Below are positions 60,893-64,000 of a stretch of 64,000 bases of DNA, piece by piece. Location: contig JAGGTJ010000025.1 in NCBI GenBank assembly GCA_021163815.1, positions 5,821 through 69,820 of the forward strand. Direction: 5' to 3'. The DNA comes from Deltaproteobacteria bacterium (GTDB taxonomy: Bacteria > Desulfobacterota > DSM-4660 > Desulfatiglandales > Desulfatiglandaceae). The first letter of the stretch is position 1; each line of letters opens with the position of its first letter. Made by a program: the position numbers and the translations under genes. The notes beneath the pieces were generated by a model. That model was not told the DNA's origin. It did not search any database and worked only from the letters and a program-made list of their open reading frames with translations.

Positions 60893-62785
60893 ATGACGCA
60901 GGATGAACTGATAGAACTGCTCAACGCTCATGAATGGCGTGATGTCGAATTCAAGGAAGCCCAGCGTGAGGTTCCACGCAGTGCTTACGAGACTGTTTCT
61001 GCGTTTGCAAATACTGAAGGCGGTCATCTTGTTTTTGGTGTCAGGAAAAATGGACAAGACTTCGAGATGGTCGGAGTCCTTGATGTCGATAAAGTTCAAA
61101 ATGATTTTCTGACTACGCTACGGCAGCCTGACAAGTTGAGTGTCATAGTGAATGTCCGGGAAGAATTATACAAACAAGGAGAGTCAGATCTGCTCGTCTT
61201 CTATGTGCCTGAAGCCCACCGTTCGGAAAAGCCCGTTTTCCTTAACAGAGATATCCGCCGTTCATATGTTCGTAGTGGCGGCTGCGATGTCCGCTGCTCG
61301 GACAATGAGCGAAACCGATTTCTTATGGATGCGGCTGCCGAGCGTTATGACGGCCAGCCTGTCGATCTCGACCTGAATACGGCATTCGATCCGGAGAGCA
61401 TTAATTGGTATCGAGCGGTCTATGAGGGAAGGCCAGGGAACCGTTCTCACGCAACACTATCCGACACGGATTTCCTCAAGGAAATGGGTTTGCTTGTTGA
61501 GCAACACGGCCAGATATCGCCATCGCGCGCAGCGATCTTTCTCTTCGGATCAAATGCGACCCTCCGGCAACTCCTTCCACGGCCGGTAGTGGACTGCCAG
61601 CGGTTCTCGTTGCCTCGCGACAGGGCGGATGCCGGTGAGCGATGGATTGACCGTCTCGTTCTCGACGAAAATCTCATTCGCTCCTGGCAATCCCTTATCG
61701 ATTGGTACCAAAGATTCGCGGAGCGGCCGTTCCGGGTTGACCCGGCATCCTTGCAACGAGACGACGCGCCACCGGACTACCGCGCCTTTCGTGAATCAAT
61801 GGTCAACCTACTCATCCATCAGGATTATTCTGATCATTCCCGGAAAGCGGAGATCCGCCACTATACCGACCAGACCGTTTTCTGGAATCCCGGCGATGCC
61901 TTCGCTACTGATACAGACCTGCTTGAACCCGGCGAAAAGGAGGTGCGCAATCCCAGGATCGTGACCGCTTTCCGGCGCATCGGACTGAGCGAGAACGCTG
62001 GATGGGGATTGCGTGATGTCTTCCGCAACTGGCAGCAGTTGGGCCATGTTCCGCCCACTATCACCAACAACAAGGGGCGTAAGTGCTTTGAACTTGTCCT
62101 CAAAAAAGAAGAACTCCTGTCGGAACATCAGGTTCTTTTCCAGGCAAGCCTCGGTGTGCAACTCACCGACGAACAAGCAAGGGTGTTTGCCTTTGCCTGC
62201 CGGGAAAAGGCGATCACGCTTCCGCAGATCAAGGCCGTGACGGGTCTTGCCGGACCGGATGCCGTGGAGCTTGCCGATACCCTGGTCACAAAAGTCCTCT
62301 TCAGGACCGTCGAGGACGGCAGAAAGTATGCCCTGGCGGAGCACCTGGAGGAACGGTTCCGTCGAACTGACCAAGCCACTGACCAACCAGATGCGCAGGC
62401 TGGGGACTTGATCACTGCACAAGTTCAGCCCGAGAAGCCCGACTTGTCCACTGCACAAGTCGAAGACCAAGCGGGAGACTTGTCCACTGGACAAGTTCAT
62501 ACCTTGACAGAACTTTCCGAAACACACTGGAAAATCATAGAGTTATGCGATGTGCCCCGTCGCCTGGTCGAGATTCTGGAAGCTCTTGGCGTGACCAACC
62601 GGGGTTATTTCAAGGAACACCATCTCGATCCGCTGATTCAGTCCGGGATTGTGGCGATGACCAACCCGAAGAACCCCCGGGCATCGAACCAGAAATATGT
62701 GATTACCGAAGCGGGAGCCCAACTCAAAGCGCGCCGCATGTCTGAGGAAACCGACCGAAGCGAGGACGAGAATGGCGAAGTCTAA
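60893..62785 (+). CDS. AlbA_2 (Schlafen-like) / HATPase_c_4 / winged-helix putative DNA-binding protein
   Basis: 630 aa (ATG 60893, stop 62783-62785). N-terminus EWRDVEFKEAQREVPRSAYETVSAFANTEGGHLVFGV (AlbA_2). Middle NLLIHQDYSDHS...RNPRIVTAFRRIGLSENAGWGL (RecG-like HATPase_c_4). DLxTAQV 12-aa repeats. C-terminal wHTH-like tail KEHHLDPLIQSGIVAMTNPKNPRASNQKYVITEAG. Confidence 0.7.
   Translation: MTQDELIELLNAHEWRDVEFKEAQREVPRSAYETVSAFANTEGGHLVFGVRKNGQDFEMVGVLDVDKVQNDFLTTLRQPDKLSVIVNVREELYKQGESDLLVFYVPEAHRSEKPVFLNRDIRRSYVRSGGCDVRCSDNERNRFLMDAAAERYDGQPVDLDLNTAFDPESINWYRAVYEGRPGNRSHATLSDTDFLKEMGLLVEQHGQISPSRAAIFLFGSNATLRQLLPRPVVDCQRFSLPRDRADAGERWIDRLVLDENLIRSWQSLIDWYQRFAERPFRVDPASLQRDDAPPDYRAFRESMVNLLIHQDYSDHSRKAEIRHYTDQTVFWNPGDAFATDTDLLEPGEKEVRNPRIVTAFRRIGLSENAGWGLRDVFRNWQQLGHVPPTITNNKGRKCFELVLKKEELLSEHQVLFQASLGVQLTDEQARVFAFACREKAITLPQIKAVTGLAGPDAVELADTLVTKVLFRTVEDGRKYALAEHLEERFRRTDQATDQPDAQAGDLITAQVQPEKPDLSTAQVEDQAGDLSTGQVHTLTELSETHWKIIELCDVPRRLVEILEALGVTNRGYFKEHHLDPLIQSGIVAMTNPKNPRASNQKYVITEAGAQLKARRMSEETDRSEDENGEV
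62405..62496 (+). repeat. three in-frame 36-nt tandem repeats, each with an internal palindrome
   Basis: gacttgatcactgcacaagt (62405), gacttgtccactgcacaagt (62441), gacttgtccactggacaagt (62477). Each contains ACTTGT-N7-ACAAGT and encodes DLITAQV / DLSTAQV / DLSTGQV. Confidence 0.85.
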
Positions 62786-64000
62786 GAAAGATGCCGAACA
62801 GCAGCAGTTGTTCAAGACCAGGCTGGTTCCCGGAAAAACGGGATCAGGCAAGCTTTTTGATGAAGAGATAGTCATGGACGACGGCCCGGTAGAGTGTCTC
62901 GGTATGACCTTCGAGAACGACGAAAAACGCCGGGAGTATTTCCTGGAGAAGCTTCGCGAGAAACTCAAGGACCCGGAGTTTCGCAAGATCGAGGGGTTCC
63001 CGATTGGCGAGGATGAGGACATCCTGGCCCTGTCTGATCCGCCGTACTACACCGCCTGCCCGAATCCGTTTATCGAGGATTTCATTAAGCAGTACGGCAA
63101 GCCATATGACCCGGAGACGGACGATTACCGGCGGGAACCGTTTGCTGCGGATGTGAGTGAGGGGAAATACGATCCACTATATAAAATCCATGCATATCCA
63201 ACAAAGGTCCCATTTAGAGCCATTATCAGATACCTCCTTCATTTCACGCAGCCAGGTGATCTGGTTTTCGATGGATTTGCAGGTACAGGTATGACTGGAG
63301 TTGCTGCTGAGATGTGTGGGAATCCTGAAGAAGTTAGCTCCATTGTGGATCCCAGCGATAATCTTCTCAAAGGCCAAAGGTATGCCATACTTTGTGATTT
63401 ATCCACAAATGCTACGCACATTGCGTCCAACTACGTAAGGCACATAGATGCCAGTGATTTCAAAAGACATTTCTCAGCTTATATTGCGAGATGTGAGGCC
63501 AAGATTAAGTGGCTATATCAAACACAAGATCCATCAACAGGACAAATTGGCATCATTAACTATGTTGTATGGAGCGAAGTGTTTTTCTGTGAACACTGTT
63601 CCCAAGAATATTCATATTGGGACTCTGCTGTCACTTACAAACCAGGAGATACTATCGGAAAAGTAGAGAATAAGCAGGTATGTCCTCACTGCGGCGCTGA
63701 AGCTACTAGGCGAACCGTTGAAAATGCAGTTGAAACTGTTTTTGATCCGTTTACTGGCACTACTATTGCTCAGAAGAAACATGTGCCTGTACTTATCAAC
63801 TATAAGATCGGTCAATCGCGACGGGAAAAGATTCCCGATGACTTCGACCTCACACTTTTGAAAAAAATCTCTGATACGCTACCAGAGATAACTGATTCAA
63901 TAAAAACGGCACCTTTGATGCTCAAAGAAGGTGTTGATAAATGGGGTGATCAACAGCGCGAGTATCATCTTGGGATCACTCATGCTCATCATTTTTTTTC
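62772..64000 (+). CDS. pglXI: PglXI-like beta-class N6/N4 DNA methyltransferase, N-terminal about 409 aa (continues beyond the window)
   Basis: Hand translation from ATG 62772 is open to the window end: MAKSKKDAEQQQLF...LALSDPPYYTACPNPF (motif IV)...YPTKVPFRAIIRYLLHFTQPGDLVFDGFAGTGMTG (motif I)...CEHC...CPHCG. It overlaps the preceding gene by 14 nt. It is absent from the ORF track because no stop lies in the window. Confidence 0.65.
   Translation, partial: MAKSKKDAEQQQLFKTRLVPGKTGSGKLFDEEIVMDDGPVECLGMTFENDEKRREYFLEKLREKLKDPEFRKIEGFPIGEDEDILALSDPPYYTACPNPFIEDFIKQYGKPYDPETDDYRREPFAADVSEGKYDPLYKIHAYPTKVPFRAIIRYLLHFTQPGDLVFDGFAGTGMTGVAAEMCGNPEEVSSIVDPSDNLLKGQRYAILCDLSTNATHIASNYVRHIDASDFKRHFSAYIARCEAKIKWLYQTQDPSTGQIGIINYVVWSEVFFCEHCSQEYSYWDSAVTYKPGDTIGKVENKQVCPHCGAEATRRTVENAVETVFDPFTGTTIAQKKHVPVLINYKIGQSRREKIPDDFDLTLLKKISDTLPEITDSIKTAPLMLKEGVDKWGDQQREYHLGITHAHHFF

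Overview
The window is about 56 kb of a moderately AT-rich (about 40-47% GC by hand counts) bacterial chromosome, followed by about 8 kb of a much more GC-rich (about 55-62%) island that starts just 3' of the tmRNA gene. Gene content (LL-DAP aminotransferase route, ResB/CcsA system II cytochrome c biogenesis, PEP-CTERM protein, HDOD protein, large PAS hybrid kinase) suggests a Desulfobacterota-type organism; I cannot verify this. The backbone is ordinary housekeeping. It includes miaA-mutL-ftsB, dapB-dapL-folK, fliC/fliS, glmS, serS, dnaE, rarA, ffh-rpsP-rimM-trmD-rplS-rnhB-yraN-rsmI, ptsH-ptsI-smpB-ssrA and tRNA-Val. At least six families of dispersed intergenic repeats occur here (family A has 10 copies) and none occurs in the island. 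Two small accessory loci sit in the backbone: a low-GC orphan DNA methyltransferase fused to a degenerate SNase-like domain, and a hicAB pair. The island encodes an excisionase-type HTH, a BrxF-like P-loop protein, a 1261-aa BrxC-like ATPase, an inserted AlbA_2/HATPase_c_4/wHTH gene and a PglXI-like methyltransferase that runs off the window. This looks like a BREX type 3-like defence locus with a non-canonical insert and a compositional breakpoint inside the methyltransferase gene. All family assignments rest on motifs read by eye and need profile searches.
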